A DNA stretch of 64,000 bases, taken from the NCBI RefSeq assembly GCF_964355755.1, contig NC_092676.1:14526871-14590870 (forward strand), in the 5' to 3' direction. Below are positions 14,255 to 27,859 of this stretch, one piece after another. This DNA comes from Antedon mediterranea (Eukaryota > Animalia > Echinodermata). The notes beneath the pieces were generated by a model, which saw only the letters and a program-made list of their open reading frames with translations, did not search any database and had not been told where the DNA came from. Made by a program: the position numbers and the translations under genes. The stretch's first letter is position 1; every line of letters begins with the position of its first letter.

Positions 14255-16207
14255 ATGAAGGAAAATAGAAAGAATCTGACCACTGTTCAGTTGAAAAAAC
14301 TAAGAAGAGCAGAACGAGTTAGTCAGAGAAAGCATAGGGAAAAAGTTTTGCAAGATATCAGACCAGACCAAAATGTGACCACTTATTCAACACCACAGAG
14401 CTTAGGAAAAGCAGTAAACCGTGCCGAGCATGCCTTCCCAATGGCACCTAACAGAAAAGATGAGGTGTTAAGAACATTAGCAAAGAAACTGAAGTATACA
14501 CTAGTAGGAGATGTTGAATCGCAGACGACCAATCACAGAGGAATTTCAGTTGAGATTTCTGATGCTGTAAAAGCATATTACTGCCTGGATGACATATCGT
14601 GGCAAAGCCCGAAAAGATGTTGCGATTGTTAAGAAGAATAGTACTAAGGAGTACATTCAAAAGCGGTTCCTGATCATGACCTTGCATGAATGCCATGCTC
14701 TGTATCTTCAAAACAATCCAAACAACTCTGTAGGACTCTCAAAATTCTGCTCCTTGCGACCAGAACATGTGTGTCTAGCTGAAGCTTTCCCCCATACAGT
14801 TTGCGTGTGCAAACACCATGAGAACATTCGCTTACTGTTGGAGTGTTTAAAGAAGAGTACATCTGAAAATATCCCAACAAATTTCAGGGAATTTATCGAC
14901 ACAGTCGTTTGCAACCAAGATGATGAGAGTTGTATGTTTGGCAAATTTGCGGAGTGTAAATCAAGATTTGATGAAGTATATTGCTTCCCAGAGTCTGCTG
15001 AAACTCCTGTCAATTGGCTTCAATGGGTGTCTGTTGATGGTCGAACAACAAAGGTTGATGAATCTGGAACTCTGCAAGAATGTATTAGCAAGTTGAGCAA
15101 ACAACTGCCAAAGTTTCTAATCCATACGTTTATTAAACGCTAATAAAGCCTTCATTTTGAACTCGAAAAAGGCATGGCTGGGCGTCACGTTGTAGTTCAA
15201 GTGGATTTTGCAGAGAAATTTTCAATAATAGAACAAAATGAAATACAGAGTGCACATTGGTACCATCAGCAGGTTACTATATTTACAGCATGCGCATATG
15301 TTGGCCTTGGGAATGTAAGATCCTACGCAGTAGTAAGTGATGACTTAAACCATGGAAGACATGCAGTTGCCGCTTTTTTGGACTTCATCATCAAAGAAGT
15401 AAAGGTTTTGTGTCCCGACCTAAATTGAATCAGATTTTTTTCAGACGGTGCTGCAAGCCAGTTTAAGCAGAAATATCTTTTGGAAAACTTAACATATTTC
15501 AAAGAGGATTATGATATACCAGCCATGGGAAGGGCGCCATTGATGGCTTTGGTGGACAAATTAAGCATCTGGTATACAAATCAATCAAATTGGGAGCGCG
15601 TGTTTATGATGCTAAGTCATTTAGCGAGGAGGCCAACCAAAGAACTGCTTCAATCTGTGTGAAATTTATCTCAGCACAAGATGTCCAAGATCTCACAGAG
15701 AGATTTGATGAAAGATGGATGGATATAAAATCACTGCCAGGTACACATACAACCCACTGCATTAAGGTAGTGAGAAAACACACTGTTCACTACGCTACGT
15801 ATGCAACATCTGATGACGTTAAAGAATTTACTTTCGCAAACAACATGGACATAGAAGAATTACCAACTCCAATTGCATCAATTTCCCAGCCATCAACATC
15901 CACACCTTCATTTGAACTGGTACATCCTTTTAAGTGTGGTGACTTTGTCCTAATCGAGTACCAGAAAGATACAGTAGCAATAGAATTTTAAAATATGTTG
16001 CTCTGATAACTGAGATGCACAATCATCAGATATATGTTACACATCTGCGCAAAAGCGATCGTGCAGGGAAAGTCTTTATTGCTAAAGATGTAACAGACGA
16101 ATTTGGCGTCATTGACAAAAAACAAATATTGCAACATTTACCAGCACCATTTATGGATAACAGAGAAAAATACCACTTATGACAATGCTATCCCTGAAGC
16201 AAACTAA
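14255..16207 (+). pseudogene. Sola2-like DDD transposase pseudogene
   Basis: ORF pieces 14255, 14589, 15174 and 15590 join into FCSLRP..CVCKHHEN..HTFIKR..VDFAE..QNEIQSAHW..FSDGAASQFK..HGKGAIDGFGG; frameshifts and stops near 14610, 15141, 15426, 15520 and 15989. Confidence 0.8.
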
Positions 16208-16846
16208 GCAAAAACAATAACAATCCATTGACAATTGAGATTACGTAAAGATGGACTTTTAAATATTGCTGTCATGTTTTATGCTTTAGTGTACTCACTT
16301 GTTAGGTAACTTTGAGTCTGACATGACAAAATTGAGTATAATGTAAACATAATTTGTTTGTATGCCTACAGTACTCTTTAATGGTGCATATACAAATATT
16401 TTATAATTAAATATTTTCTCATAACTACAGATAAATATATTTCTTTTCTCTAAAATATATTTGTCAATTAATTACCGTCAATTAGTTATCATAATATTGT
16501 GTCATATCATCATCATATTTTTTTAATAAATCAATTATTTTGAAAGAAAACATATCTAATGAATTGTTAACACTAAGATTCAATGTGATACCATAAAACC
16601 ATTACTTAAACTTAAAATTTTCAGACTTTCAGATTTTTTACGAATTTATAATAATTGTCTTATATGAAATTGGTAAAATTTAATATCATTTTAGACGTGT
16701 TTCAGTTCATTTACTATATATTGTTGTATGTAATATAGTTTGATAAACTTTTGTTTTGATATATTTTTAAAGTTATCTTTAAAATATGTATTTAGACATT
16801 AAAAAAAAGCCTAAATCAGTTATACATTACTTTAACTTTTCCAGTC

Positions 16847-16901
16847 TCAATTAGTTACCATCAATTAGTTACCATCAATTAGTTACCATCAATTAGTTAC
16901 C
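16847..16901. repeat. 4 x 14-bp tandem TCAATTAGTTACCA (Sola2 subterminal motif)
   Basis: Directly visible; the same motif occurs near 12727, 13678, 16478 and 17783. Confidence 0.85.
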
Positions 16902-17083
16902 GAAGTGCCATAACAAGTCACATAGAGATATCAATCAAGTGAGGTTAATCTCCATTCGTCGCTCTGTTGCTGGGGCCTAGGCCTAGTCTGATTTACATCT
17001 TCACCGTCGGCAGTTTGTGATGATTGTACTGGCCTAGGTTCTGGTTCAAACGCATAACCATGTCTTTTTGGTCTAGGCCTACG

Positions 17084-17121
17084 ATTAAACCATGGAGGTA
17101 TTTATACCTCCATGATTAAAC
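17084..17121. other. Palindromic micro-insertion with 7-bp TSD (putative P/Galileo excision footprint)
   Basis: ATTAAAC|CATGGAGGTAT-TT-ATACCTCCATG|ATTAAAC. Confidence 0.7.
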
Positions 17122-18549
17122 ATTGCAGTTTGATCCGTCTATCTTTTCAAATAACCACGCAAAACAATCTTAATCTTAGACTTATTATTCGTATGTATTT
17201 TATATCCTAGTTTGTCGAGGAGATCGATCGAGTCGAGCGCAAGGAAGATCGGAGCATCGAGAGTCGCGAGACAGAGAGTAAAGAAAGCCAAAAGGTCGCG
17301 CATGCGCAAATTGATTGACTCCCTAGAGAGTAAAAATTACCCACTTGGCTCAAGTGGGTAGTTTTTTTAATTACGTTAATTACGCAAAAATGAATTGGTC
17401 AAGCCCTTAAAAACACATCGAGAATGAAAAGTTTGGCTTCCGAAGAATCTGAAAACATATATGTATAATATTTCTGGAACAATACATATATTTTTAAAGA
17501 TTTTTTGAAAACGCATATTTTTTTTTCAATTTACAGGCAAATGAATAGGGAAAAAGGTTTGTAATTTGAACTATCCCCCCAGATGGCATTTTTTTATGCT
17601 TTTCAGAAAACCATGCAGCATACAACAAGTACCTTAATTTAGATGAACTGAATAAAATAAAAATTTGAAATTTTTTGAGAGCACCACCACTTTAAAAAAG
17701 AAAAAAAGTCACTCTGTATACTTTATAAATGCTATTTGTTCATAACAATATTATATTTGTTTGAGGATATTGTGTCAGAATATCAATTAGTTACTGTGGA
17801 ATTGCCCAAAAGCCATATATTACCTATAAATATCAATTAATTTCGCAATAAAACCATGAAACATGATCCTACATCCTAGATAAACTAGTTATCAAGGTGG
17901 TCTGTGAAATTCAAGAAGATGACCACCATTAAGGGCCAAAATGGTGCTAAAGGGTATGTTCAGACTCACAGCGTTAAGGTGGCATTATGTAAGCGGTGTA
18001 CATATTTTTGTGTCTAAACTAGTTAGTTAGGCAGCTGTTACGCCGCGCCAGTGACGTTAATAACCTTAGTGGGAGAGGGTTGCAGGGGGCGGATTTAGAT
18101 TTTGTAAATCTCCAACGTTATGATCATTAAAACTGTTTACAACACGACAATGTTTTTCACCTTTTTTGTACTCTTTTAAAGTCAGATATTTCAAAATAAC
18201 AAGTGTAAGTAAAACTAAATTATAATATAAAGTCTAGATTAAGATATCAGCGAAAACATGTCCTAGGCTGGGTTGACGTACCAAAAATTTATTTGCATTG
18301 TCCATGCATTATCTAAAGGCGATGACAATGGTGTTTATTAACCCTACAAACCATCCTACGATGATCGACGCGTTGATAATTATAATAACAATACATCGCA
18401 GTAGTAGGTTACAAACATTATAGGCTACGATCTACATGTGTAAATATAGTGGTGGTCAGCATCATGAAAATGGTGGTCGGAAAATCCGAGTGGTGGACGG
18501 GGCCGACCATCGCTGACTAACCCTAGCTAGATGCGAGACCTAGCTGTTT

Positions 18550-18726
18550 AAATAAATTGTTATAAATAAAAAATCAATGTTCTTGTATTTTCTATCAATA
18601 AAAACAGTCGCTGCTATAGGGGGAATGCACAGCCTTGACTTTCTGGTTTGTCGTCATCGGTCATTTTATGCGTACTTAAACTCAAGGGAACGTAAAATTA
18701 GGGTACGTAAAACAAAGGTTCTACTG
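18550..18726 (-). mobile_element. Truncated copy of the pogo/Tigger-like MITE at 56768
   Basis: Reverse complement of part of 56768-57020 with an internal deletion; ends AAGGTTCTACTG|ta. Confidence 0.75.
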
Positions 18727-20059
18727 TATATATTTCTTTTATAACAAAATAAATGTCGTAAAAGAAGCACTGGACGTTTCATAGAACACAGGCGACTCAA
18801 CTAGTTGGCGGCTCAACTTGTTGGCGGCCCAACCTGTCATACGCTGTGTTATAATGGTTGCCTACTACGTATGTACTACATACACGTACAGTACTGTAAT
18901 CACTACACAAAATGTTGTAAAAGATGCTCTGGGAATTTTATAGAAATCACCGGTGGCTCAACTTGTCGACGACACAAACCGGTCAAGTGCCGTGTTATAT
19001 GGGTTGCCTACTACGTTTAGTTCAGTCTCGTAATTGTTATGTTTATTTATATAATATTAAATAATTTAAGTGTTTGGAAAAACGATTTGGTATCAAATGA
19101 AAGCCCATAAAATATTCTATCCATTGCTACCCAACTTGTATTCAAATACAGAAAAGTCCTCTATAAAAAGTTTGGGGGGCGTTTTTTGTTATTAGCAGGC
19201 AACCATGTTGAATGTATCCTTTGTAGGGTGACAAAAACGATAGGGGTGGATACCACCTTCAGTTTTTGGTTTTAAGGTCAGTTTATGTGGTCAACAGGTC
19301 AAACAAGGTCAAAATATAGGATTTTTTTTATTCACGGAAAATCATCTACATCATCAGATCTATCCAAAAAAGTATATTTGAAGATCAACTGATGCATCAT
19401 ATTATAGTAATTATGAGATAAACATTTTATTTTACACATAGAAACATAGGAAATTGATATTTTCTCAAAATGTTGTTTTCACATATTTCTGTAAAGTACA
19501 CACAGTTTTTTAATAGGCTGTTCCCAGTCTGTTGTAAATTTGTCTTTTTTATGTTGTCCACCAGTCATCGTTTTGATTTTTGTCCGAAAAAATAGGTCAA
19601 ATGTTATATATATGAAACACACACCATATGTGCCAAAAGATTGGTCTTTTACTATAAAATTATTAATATTACCTATAATAATGTAATAATATTTAGAAAA
19701 ATTATTAATATAACCTATAATAATGTAATAATATTTAGAAATTTGTTTTTAGAAAAATTTCGAAAACAGAGACCCCCTATATGACCTAATGTCAAGATGT
19801 TTTTGTTTGGGTCAGAGACCCCCTATAATGTAATTATTTAAACATTTTTTTCATTCTTTCAATGATACAAGTTTTTGTTGAAGTTTGTTGTTTCAAGAAA
19901 TCTCGAAATAGAAACCTGGGTATCAATTCTTTGTTTTCAAAAACCGTAACTATTGGACTTTATCAAGGTTGGAAGGAGTGGGAATGGGTTTTCCTTCTTG
20001 AGGCCTTCGCATCTATGCTATCTTGGCTGACGGTGATAACAGATATAAAACTCCTTAAG

Positions 20060-20500
20060 TAATTAAGAGGTCCTTATACACATGGATAAAGACGGTTTTA
20101 ACGTTATTTACAAACATTACGTTACGTACTGTGTCCAGGTATGGAATCCATTTCTCCAAAAAGACATAAACGCACTTGAAAGAGGACAACTTCATGCGAC
20201 AAATCAAATTCCAGCTATCCATTCTTATTCATATGAAGATCGTTAAAAGTTTCTTGGCCTAACAACCCTGTATGACAGACGAATTCGTGGTGACTTGATT
20301 GAAAATTTTCAAAAGGTTTCGAGGGTGTAGCCAAGGAAGCCAAATGAGATGCAATCTAAGCAGAAATACACGAGGACATCAGCTTAGACTTTTCAAACCT
20401 GAATTTCACAAAGGACTGAATATTTGAATAGTTTGCCAACCGAAGTCGTCATTTCTGAAACCACCAACACATTTAAAAACCAATTGGATTCGTTGTAGAA
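20060..20500 (+). mobile_element. CR1/L2-group LINE 3' fragment, decayed
   Basis: Manual translation YCVQVWNPFLQKDINALER..SYEDR*KFLGLTTLYDRRIRGDLIE, typical of the CR1 ORF2 C-terminus. Confidence 0.75.
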
Positions 20501-20599
20501 ATGAGGTTAAAAGGGTAAACAAGTTATAGGTTCTGCATGACATGGTCAGACTGATCACGAATCACACATAATACACAATATTCTTTCGACCTGACAGAT

Positions 20600-21860
20600 G
20601 ATAAGGAAGATCTTATATTTAAAGTAACAACTTATTGAAAGAACAAAAAACAGTAGAACTTAAAACTTCATGAGCCACTGAGAAAGCATTGTTCTAAACC
20701 TTTGCGGATTTCTATAAGGCAACTGTTTCGATAAAGTATATAAAAACAAAAAAACTGTCAGAAAATCTGCTGATCCACCATTGAAGTATGATCATAGCCC
20801 AATTTTAATATCTTTAACCAAATATGACTTCACATATTTTGATGGATGACGTTGAAATACCCACAGATGTTCCAGAAGAAAACTTAAAAACATGATGGTC
20901 ATGCACTATAGGATTCAGTAAACATGGCTGTAAAACATTTGGTGACAATGCAAGCATTTATGCAAGTTACCTAGATATTTTGTCATTTTGTTGTATTTGA
21001 TCATTAAATTGGAAAGGGGTGGATAAAAGCAGTGACACGATTGAAAGGATAGTTCCAATGTACCAATCTGTACTTCCGTATGTGTTTTGGGCCACACTCA
21101 TCGGTTTGGAGGAGAACAAATATCACAAAGTTTTCAGACATTCTTCTATGTCAATAACAAAGAGCTTGCAATTATACATGAAAGTTGATGTTATATGCAC
21201 TTTGTAACTCCAATATCAACCGTACAAAAGTATGGACGATGTCTGGTATAGTGAACAATAAAGTGGTTGAAAACCTATTTAGAATAATTTAACCAGCTTC
21301 CATGCCATTACAGGTTGCAGCACGTCATTATTTGCTGGTTATGGGAAGAGGTCCTACTGGAAATCATTTGTAACGCATCCACTCCTTGTAAATGGAATTA
21401 GATTAAGAATAAGACTTTGCACGTACAGTGTACATTAAAGTTTAATATTGCCAAATATATGGTACTCTTGAGCAGATAACTGTATAAAAACAGACTACTC
21501 TTTGGAGGGTCTTGAAATGCTACCGCCATCTAGACTCAGTGACCATATACCATTAACACTAGTGATATATATTTCCCTTAAATATTAAGTATTTCACTTT
21601 ACTCAATAAATATTTAAGTACTGTATTTCCACTTAGGGAAAAACTTATAATTTAAAAAACTCACCTATGGTGAATACAGACATCATAGAACCTAAACATA
21701 CGAGCCAACTATCAGGCAGAGATCATCATGTGGCCTAAATAAATCGGGTCCTTTGGAAGCCCCTAACCCAGTTGTCAGTTTGGAACTTGTTACATGTGTA
21801 TGTAAACTAAAGAGCCAGATGAAGTTGTTACCGAAAGCATGCATGTGTGGTTGTAATTCA
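20600..21860 (+). pseudogene. Highly decayed Academ-like transposase (XPG/PIN-like and Cys-rich C-terminal remnants)
   Basis: Fragments FHAITGC..FAGYGKRSYWKSF (about 21298-21370), LPPS (about 21520) and LELVTCVCK (about 21780). Confidence 0.5.
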
Positions 21861-22216
21861 ATCGTTTGCCGTTACCCAGATGGCCAGTAGGCATTACATA
21901 TCAGTGCTGGAAGAAATACCCACCTCAGAGCGTTTACCTCCTTCCATCCAAGAAAATTTTCGAATATTGGCATGGGCCCATGCCGCCCATTACTCCCAAC
22001 CAACAAACCCTCTGTGACCGTTTTAAAATGAAATTTAAGACATTCCAGTAGGCCTCCAATTTCGGTTATATTGATAATCTAGGACTCATCCTCTCCATCC
22101 CTTGAACACCTTCCAGGAGTGACTCAAAGAGTTTAAAATCTTCCCAGTACAATTCTGGTCTTTTTGACACCACACTATAACCATCAGCCCCAGGCTATCA
22201 TGAAAATTATTATTAG

Positions 22217-22254
22217 CTTATACCATGGAGAAATAAGTTTCTCTATGCTTATAC
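22217..22254. other. Palindromic micro-insertion with 7-bp TSD (putative P/Galileo excision footprint, second family)
   Basis: CTTATAC|CATGGAGAAA-TAAG-TTTCTCTATG|CTTATAC. Confidence 0.65.
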
Positions 22255-23339
22255 GTTGTTGACCTTATAACCTTGAAAATGACCTTTGACCTGAAATTTG
22301 AGAGTGGCATCTACCCCTATCTTTTTTGTCATCCCATAAGGGATATATTCCACATGGTTGCCTGCTATTAATAACAGAAAATCCCTCCCATGATGAAAAA
22401 GCTCACATTGGCCGCCCTACTATTAGCTTTTGAAAAACATTTTGATACCAAACTTGTTTTGGTTTCATATGTTTTTGGCGCATTTTTGTCTAATTTTCTG
22501 CAAGCTACACATCTGAGATGGCGGATCAAGCTCCCAATAAACGCTGGTGCGCATGAGAATGGCGAATTCAAAGTCACTTTCGGGATGATGGCTGTTTATG
22601 TTGTATACCGCCCTCTGGGTATTGACCTCTCATCTTTGTTGTTTATCTCCAATGCATTATTGTTTACTTTGAATAAAGTTACTTCATTATTATACCTCAA
22701 GTATCGGTTATTCAGTTGTATTGTCTGTGTGAGTATTGTCTATATATACCAAGTTGGAGTGGTGGCAGCATCAGGAGACGAAAATCCTACGCAACACATT
22801 CTACTACCCACAAGGATATCGACCTACTGTTTACACAGGTCATCAGGCCCGTATGCAACATTTATAATGGGGTGCGAGCAAAGCGAGCACCAATGGCTGG
22901 GGGCCAGGGGGCCACCAAGGGCCCCCGGTCAGGGTCCAGGGGCCAAAGGCATGACAAATTTTGCGTTATTTGACGTTCTAAAGACTGATTTAAGACTCTT
23001 TGTTGTGGCTTGGGCTAGTTAACATATTTTTGTTTGTATACCATTGATAATGTAAATTTTGTATATATATAATGATATTGTCTTTAGTTAAACAAGACAA
23101 GAAAAAATACCAACCGAGGAAATAGTGGACCTTTTGGCAAGTGACTGACCGGGTTATACTATAGCCGCCATAAAACTTTGTTCGTTAAATGGAGGAAAAA
23201 CGTTTTCATTCAGTACACTTGGTGTAAACATACACATAAATGGCTGCATGAAATCGTGCCCTTAAGCAATGGTGCTTAGTTAAAAATTAAACATATTGGA
23301 AAATTGGCGTAAAAAACTACACGTTAACATTAGATACTA

Positions 23340-26240
23340 AGTTTGCCACCTTTCTGGTGAAAGGTTTTCCGTGGGCCAAGAAAACTAGAGCTTCCCCACT
23401 CCGAGGTTTCACGATGATGATGGTGTTGAAGAAAATGTAGCTAATGCTTTAACCGCACAGCAGAAGGCAACCACGTTAGAGCTAATGTTAGGGAATATTA
23501 CTAACTATTGCCCTGTCATCTTCAGAAACACTATAGTAAAATCATTCACATCATTGCATTACGGATTCCAATCTAGTGGAGCTCACTTCTTGGAGTTTGC
23601 TAACATTAGTCCAGAGACCTAAATACCAATGTTTGCTAGCATTCATTGATGACAATCTTCTCCAAACAGACAGTGTTATAACTCATCACAACCAACCGAT
23701 CGCTGAAGATGAAGAACTCAGTTCTTTCACTCTTCACTCCCCCAACTTGTTAAACAGATATGGCACAGAGGTTCCGCTTCCACACACTAGCGTCTATTAA
23801 GCCTGAAATTTCTCAAGCTATGACATCATTATTAGAGGAGATCAAAACTTCAGACGACGCAAGAGTCGCGTTCAGCGGTTTTACCGTTTCAAAGACTGGC
23901 TTCTCTTCCATCATCCTGTTCCTGCTACCCACTAAAGGCATCCCATATTCAAAACAAACTACAAAAAGGCTGCCCATTTTGTAAACAAGTGTGGAAGACC
24001 TGACCGGCACTTTCTCAGCGAATGTAAGTTCGCCACTCGATCAGATCTCCAGCACGCACTGTGATATGGCCAGGTAGTTACAAACTTACACTCCCAAATG
24101 ACCTTACCAACATTGACAATATTGAACCTCGTATTGACAATAACACAACAGTTCACACTTACTTCTGGATCTGGATAGCATTCTTCCTCGCCACATACTC
24201 GAACAGTTTTCTAGCCTCCACAAGGAGTATGACAATGTTTTTAACCCTCCCTTTAAAGGTTATAATTGTGCAGTATGACCATTTATTGCCACCGTCAATA
24301 TGGGGCCAGTCCAACCTCCACAACGCAAAGGTCGACTTCCCCCGTATGCAAGAGACAAACACAAATTCGACGAGCTCGAAGCTCTAGGAGTTTTTGCCCA
24401 TCCAGAGGATATTGGAGTTGCTGTAGAATATCTCAATCCTTCATTCCTCGTCAAGAAACATAAAAGTAGTTTCACGTTGCTTACATCCTTTGACGATGTC
24501 GGCAGGTACAGCAAACCACAACAGTCGCTCATGCCTGACGTGGACTCTACACTTCGGACAGTGGAAATATATTATACAGATCTCACCAAAGCCTTCTACC
24601 AAATTCCAATTTCTAAGGGGAATACAACCGTTGCGCAATGGGCAAGCCAGGGTCAGAAACTGCCTTGGAGGACCTTCTAAGCAGAGTAATGGGTAATTTT
24701 ATAGAAGGCTACAAAACTCACTGATGACCTTTACTGCGGCGGTGATACAATTGAAGAGGTTCTGACCATATGGAGAAGAATTCTCTAAGCCCTACAGTAT
24801 CAGCCCTACTAACGCTACAAAAACAGTTATCTGTAATGTATGTACAGTAATGCGACATTTATATAGCGCTATTTCATGAAGATCAGAGCGCTGTGGACTT
24901 ATCTCAGCCAGATGCCATCACTGCGCTGTTCTTCGCACTATTCCACATACCGTTATATACCACCAACTCATTCTAGTGATGTTAGAGTGTGTAACATCAT
25001 TTTACAGTCGTGTGCATTATTGACAGCAAACGCACGACAGTCTAAGGCCTCGTTTCTGTTGCCAAAAATATACCGTATATATACGGTATATTTTATATAC
25101 GGTATATTTTTTGGCAGCAGAAATGGGTCTCATAAAAAATATACCGTATATATATGCGGTATATATACCGCATAAATATCCCCATCATTTGTGGATATTA
25201 TACGGTATATTCCAAAATATACCGTATATTTCGTACCCCGTTTCTGCTACACTCAAAATATACCGTATATGTGACCCGGCCCATGACACGAGGTCAAAAA
25301 CTAACAGAGCGTGACGCGTTTGTTTGGTTTTTCTGCTGCATTGACACACACGTGTATAAGCAAGCAACAGATCAAAATATCACTGTGGACTGAAGAAATA
25401 ACTATTTTTGCAATTCAATTGTGGGGAGAAGCGAAGGTTGGGGGAGACTGCATGGTAACAGAAGAGATACCGAGATTTATAAAAGTATCTCAAACAAAAT
25501 AAAAGCAGAATTTGTGGTAGACTTAATAACGCCAAAGTTATCGGCAAACGCCGTCGTCTTCTTTGCATAAATCTAGTCAATGCCCATTCTACATTTCTAG
25601 ATTGTTTGTGCGGTGTAAATTCGTTGCCACTTCTGCTCATTAGATTTAAAATAGAAAACAATTTTATTTTATTTTTTTATTTTATTCAAACTCATTCAAC
25701 AGCGGGAAACCCGCCCCTTACAGAATGGAATAAACTATACCATATAAAAATATATATAAATCTTAAAATCTAGCAATACAAATTTATACAATTTTACTAA
25801 TTTTATTACAAAAACAATTATAACGGTCAAAAAAGAGATCAATAGAATTATCTTTAACAACACAATTATTAAAAAGAAGACAAATACGACGTTTTGAGAA
25901 ACCATCATTGTTTTGTTTTTGTCATGTAACCTCACTACACGAGACTCTAGGTCAATCCATACTTCCGTCTCACGAAATGCATTTTGGGCAATGAAAGCCA
26001 ACTTTTTTACAGCCCACCCACGAAGTATGTGCAGCGGAAACAATGCACGAATTTCATATACGGTATATTTATACGGTATATTTATACGGTATATTTGGGA
26101 TTGGCAGCAGAAACAGGGCCTTCGAGACAGATTAATTCGCCTTTGTATTGACCTACGCCCACTTGATGGCCCATACGCTGTAATCTGCACTGACCCTGCA
26201 CCTAGATTCGCTTTGTTAGTTAGTGATAAAGGGTATTGCT
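23340..26240 (+). mobile_element. Decayed Gypsy-type LTR retrotransposon internal region, interrupted by a MITE
   Basis: gag-like [23 protein letters not shown]; [48 protein letters not shown]; integrase-like LRDRLIRLCIDLRPLDGPYAVICTDPAP; possible LTR/PBS remnant (AATAAA at 22672, TGGTGGCAGC at 22760). Confidence 0.75.
25046..26120. mobile_element. PIF/Harbinger-like MITE with repeated ATACCGTAT subterminal motifs
   Basis: TIRs GGCCTCGTTTCTGTTGCCAA ... TTGGCAGCAGAAACAGGGCC; left flank TAA, right TSD not intact; another left end at 48010. Confidence 0.7.
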
Positions 26241-27274
26241 AAACTGTGCAAACTGCGCAAAACAAGCACAAACAGCGCAAGCCAAGCGTGGGTAAAATGT
26301 GAGATTTTACAGTGTAAATCATGCAAACCTAAAAAAAACCTGCGCAAACCTTCTCCAAATCACTTATTATTGGTTGCTGCCTTAATAATAATTTGCATGG
26401 GATGATAAAGTATAAAAGTGCAATACTGGATATATGGGATATAAGTGACAACATGCATGAGAGGTGCACGTTGAAGTATGTTAATCAATCGGCAGATTTT
26501 AATGATAAAATATGAATATGAAATAAGTTAGAGAATAATAAAACTACAGCTGCTTACGGACACAAAAAAATTAAATGATGCTCAGACTTTTTTTGGATGT
26601 TGATATTTTGTGGAAACACAACATAGGCCTTACGGCGAAGCTGAAATGATGCCTGGAAAAGCAATCCCGTTCCTCATCAAGCATAATACTTTTTTACCAC
26701 ATATTCTGTTCTAAATAAATACTAATAGTACAAAAAGTAAAAGTTCCACAAAAAAATACCTGGCGTTTGGTAGAAAATTACCGTTAAAGTTGGTAAATAT
26801 GCCAACGATTTCTTACGAAATAGCGAGGCTGAAACAACTGGTGGCGCACTATAACTAGACTGTACTATTATTTTCACGGTTTATAAGAAATATATAGGCA
26901 AGTTATTTATTATCAAAATAGATTTATTCTTTATTTTTTTAAATAAATTTGGTGAATACAAATTTATATTAACTCTAAAATTGAAATTTAGAGTTAATAA
27001 TTATCCCCCGACATTAAAACATTTATAATTACAAATGGCTTCAACTGTTCGTATAATGGTTTCTCCCGACAGGTAGGCTATTAATAGCAGTAGAAATACA
27101 GCAGCAATAATGCTAAGTTTATACCGTAGGATGTACATAGTGACTGATATGATTTAACTGTGAAAAATATAGAACACATATTCCTAGTAATAAACACCAA
27201 TGCAATAGTAAATTTAAATTATTAAATAAAATACAAACATCAAATATTTGTTTTGTTTCAATGTAATTGTATTT

Positions 27275-27556
27275 ATTCTCATGGTTAATATTTTTCTTTA
27301 TATTCTCATGGTTACACAATTTCTTTTAATGGTTACACAATTTCTTTATATTCTCATAGTTACTATTTTTCTTTATATTCTCATGGTTACAGTTTTTATT
27401 ATTATATTCTCATGGTTACATTATTTATTTATATTCTCATGGTTACAGTTTTTATTATTATATTCTCATGGTTACATTATTTATTTATATTCTCATGGTT
27501 ACAGTTTTTATTATTATATTCTCATGGTTATATTATTTATTTATATTCTCATGGTT
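27275..27556. repeat. AT-rich minisatellite (core TATTCTCATGGTTA) with alternating 29/27-bp units
   Basis: CATGG at 27382, 27411, 27438, 27467, 27494, 27523 and 27550. Confidence 0.9.
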
Positions 27557-27859
27557 TCCATTTTGTTTTCATTTTTTTTAAATCTTTTTTTTTATTCACA
27601 TGCTCACAGTTTCTGTTTGCTTAACCATGGTAGTGTTTCACATTGGTTATAGTGTAGGCCTATTACATTACAGTTACTTTTTATGATGATTTTGTTGCAT
27701 TCAAAACCGTATAAACTACAGTATATTTCATATTCATCTTCCTCATATAGTCTAATTCCTCATAGTCCAATTCATCATAGTCTAATTCATCATCTTCAAT
27801 GCCATAGTCTGGTGTGTCTTCTTTTTCTTCTTCTTCTTCTCTTGTCCTGTTTTCACACT

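Larger units (their letters stand above)
12365..17807 (+). mobile_element. Sola2-type DNA transposon, both ends present, decayed
   Basis: aaaa|GGGCAATTCCA ... TGGAATTGCCC|aaaa (11-bp TIR, 4-bp TSD, GRG terminus); repeated internal motif TCAATTAGTTAC; encloses a transposase pseudogene. Confidence 0.72.
19183..22382. repeat. Pair of diverged inverted repeats (about 19183-19330 and 22255-22382)
   Basis: TAGCAGGCAACCATGTTGAAT..TGACAAAAACGATAGGGGTGGATACCAC versus GTGGCATCTACCCCTATCTTTTTTGTCA..ATTCCACATGGTTGCCTGCTA. Confidence 0.65.

Noticed and set aside
22390-23022. 210-aa ORF with a hydrophobic N-terminus
   Set aside because: Runs across unrelated repeat fragments (repeat arm, LTR/PBS-like remnant, GC-rich insert); no domain, likely chance.
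26624-26631. Academ TAGG..CCTA termini as the source of the TAGGCCTA motifs
   Set aside because: The TAGGCCTA sites checked (9001, 31584, 40471) lack the flanking 3-bp duplication expected from Academ.
27248-27652. Hydrophobic membrane-protein-like ORFs
   Set aside because: Translation of an AT-rich minisatellite.
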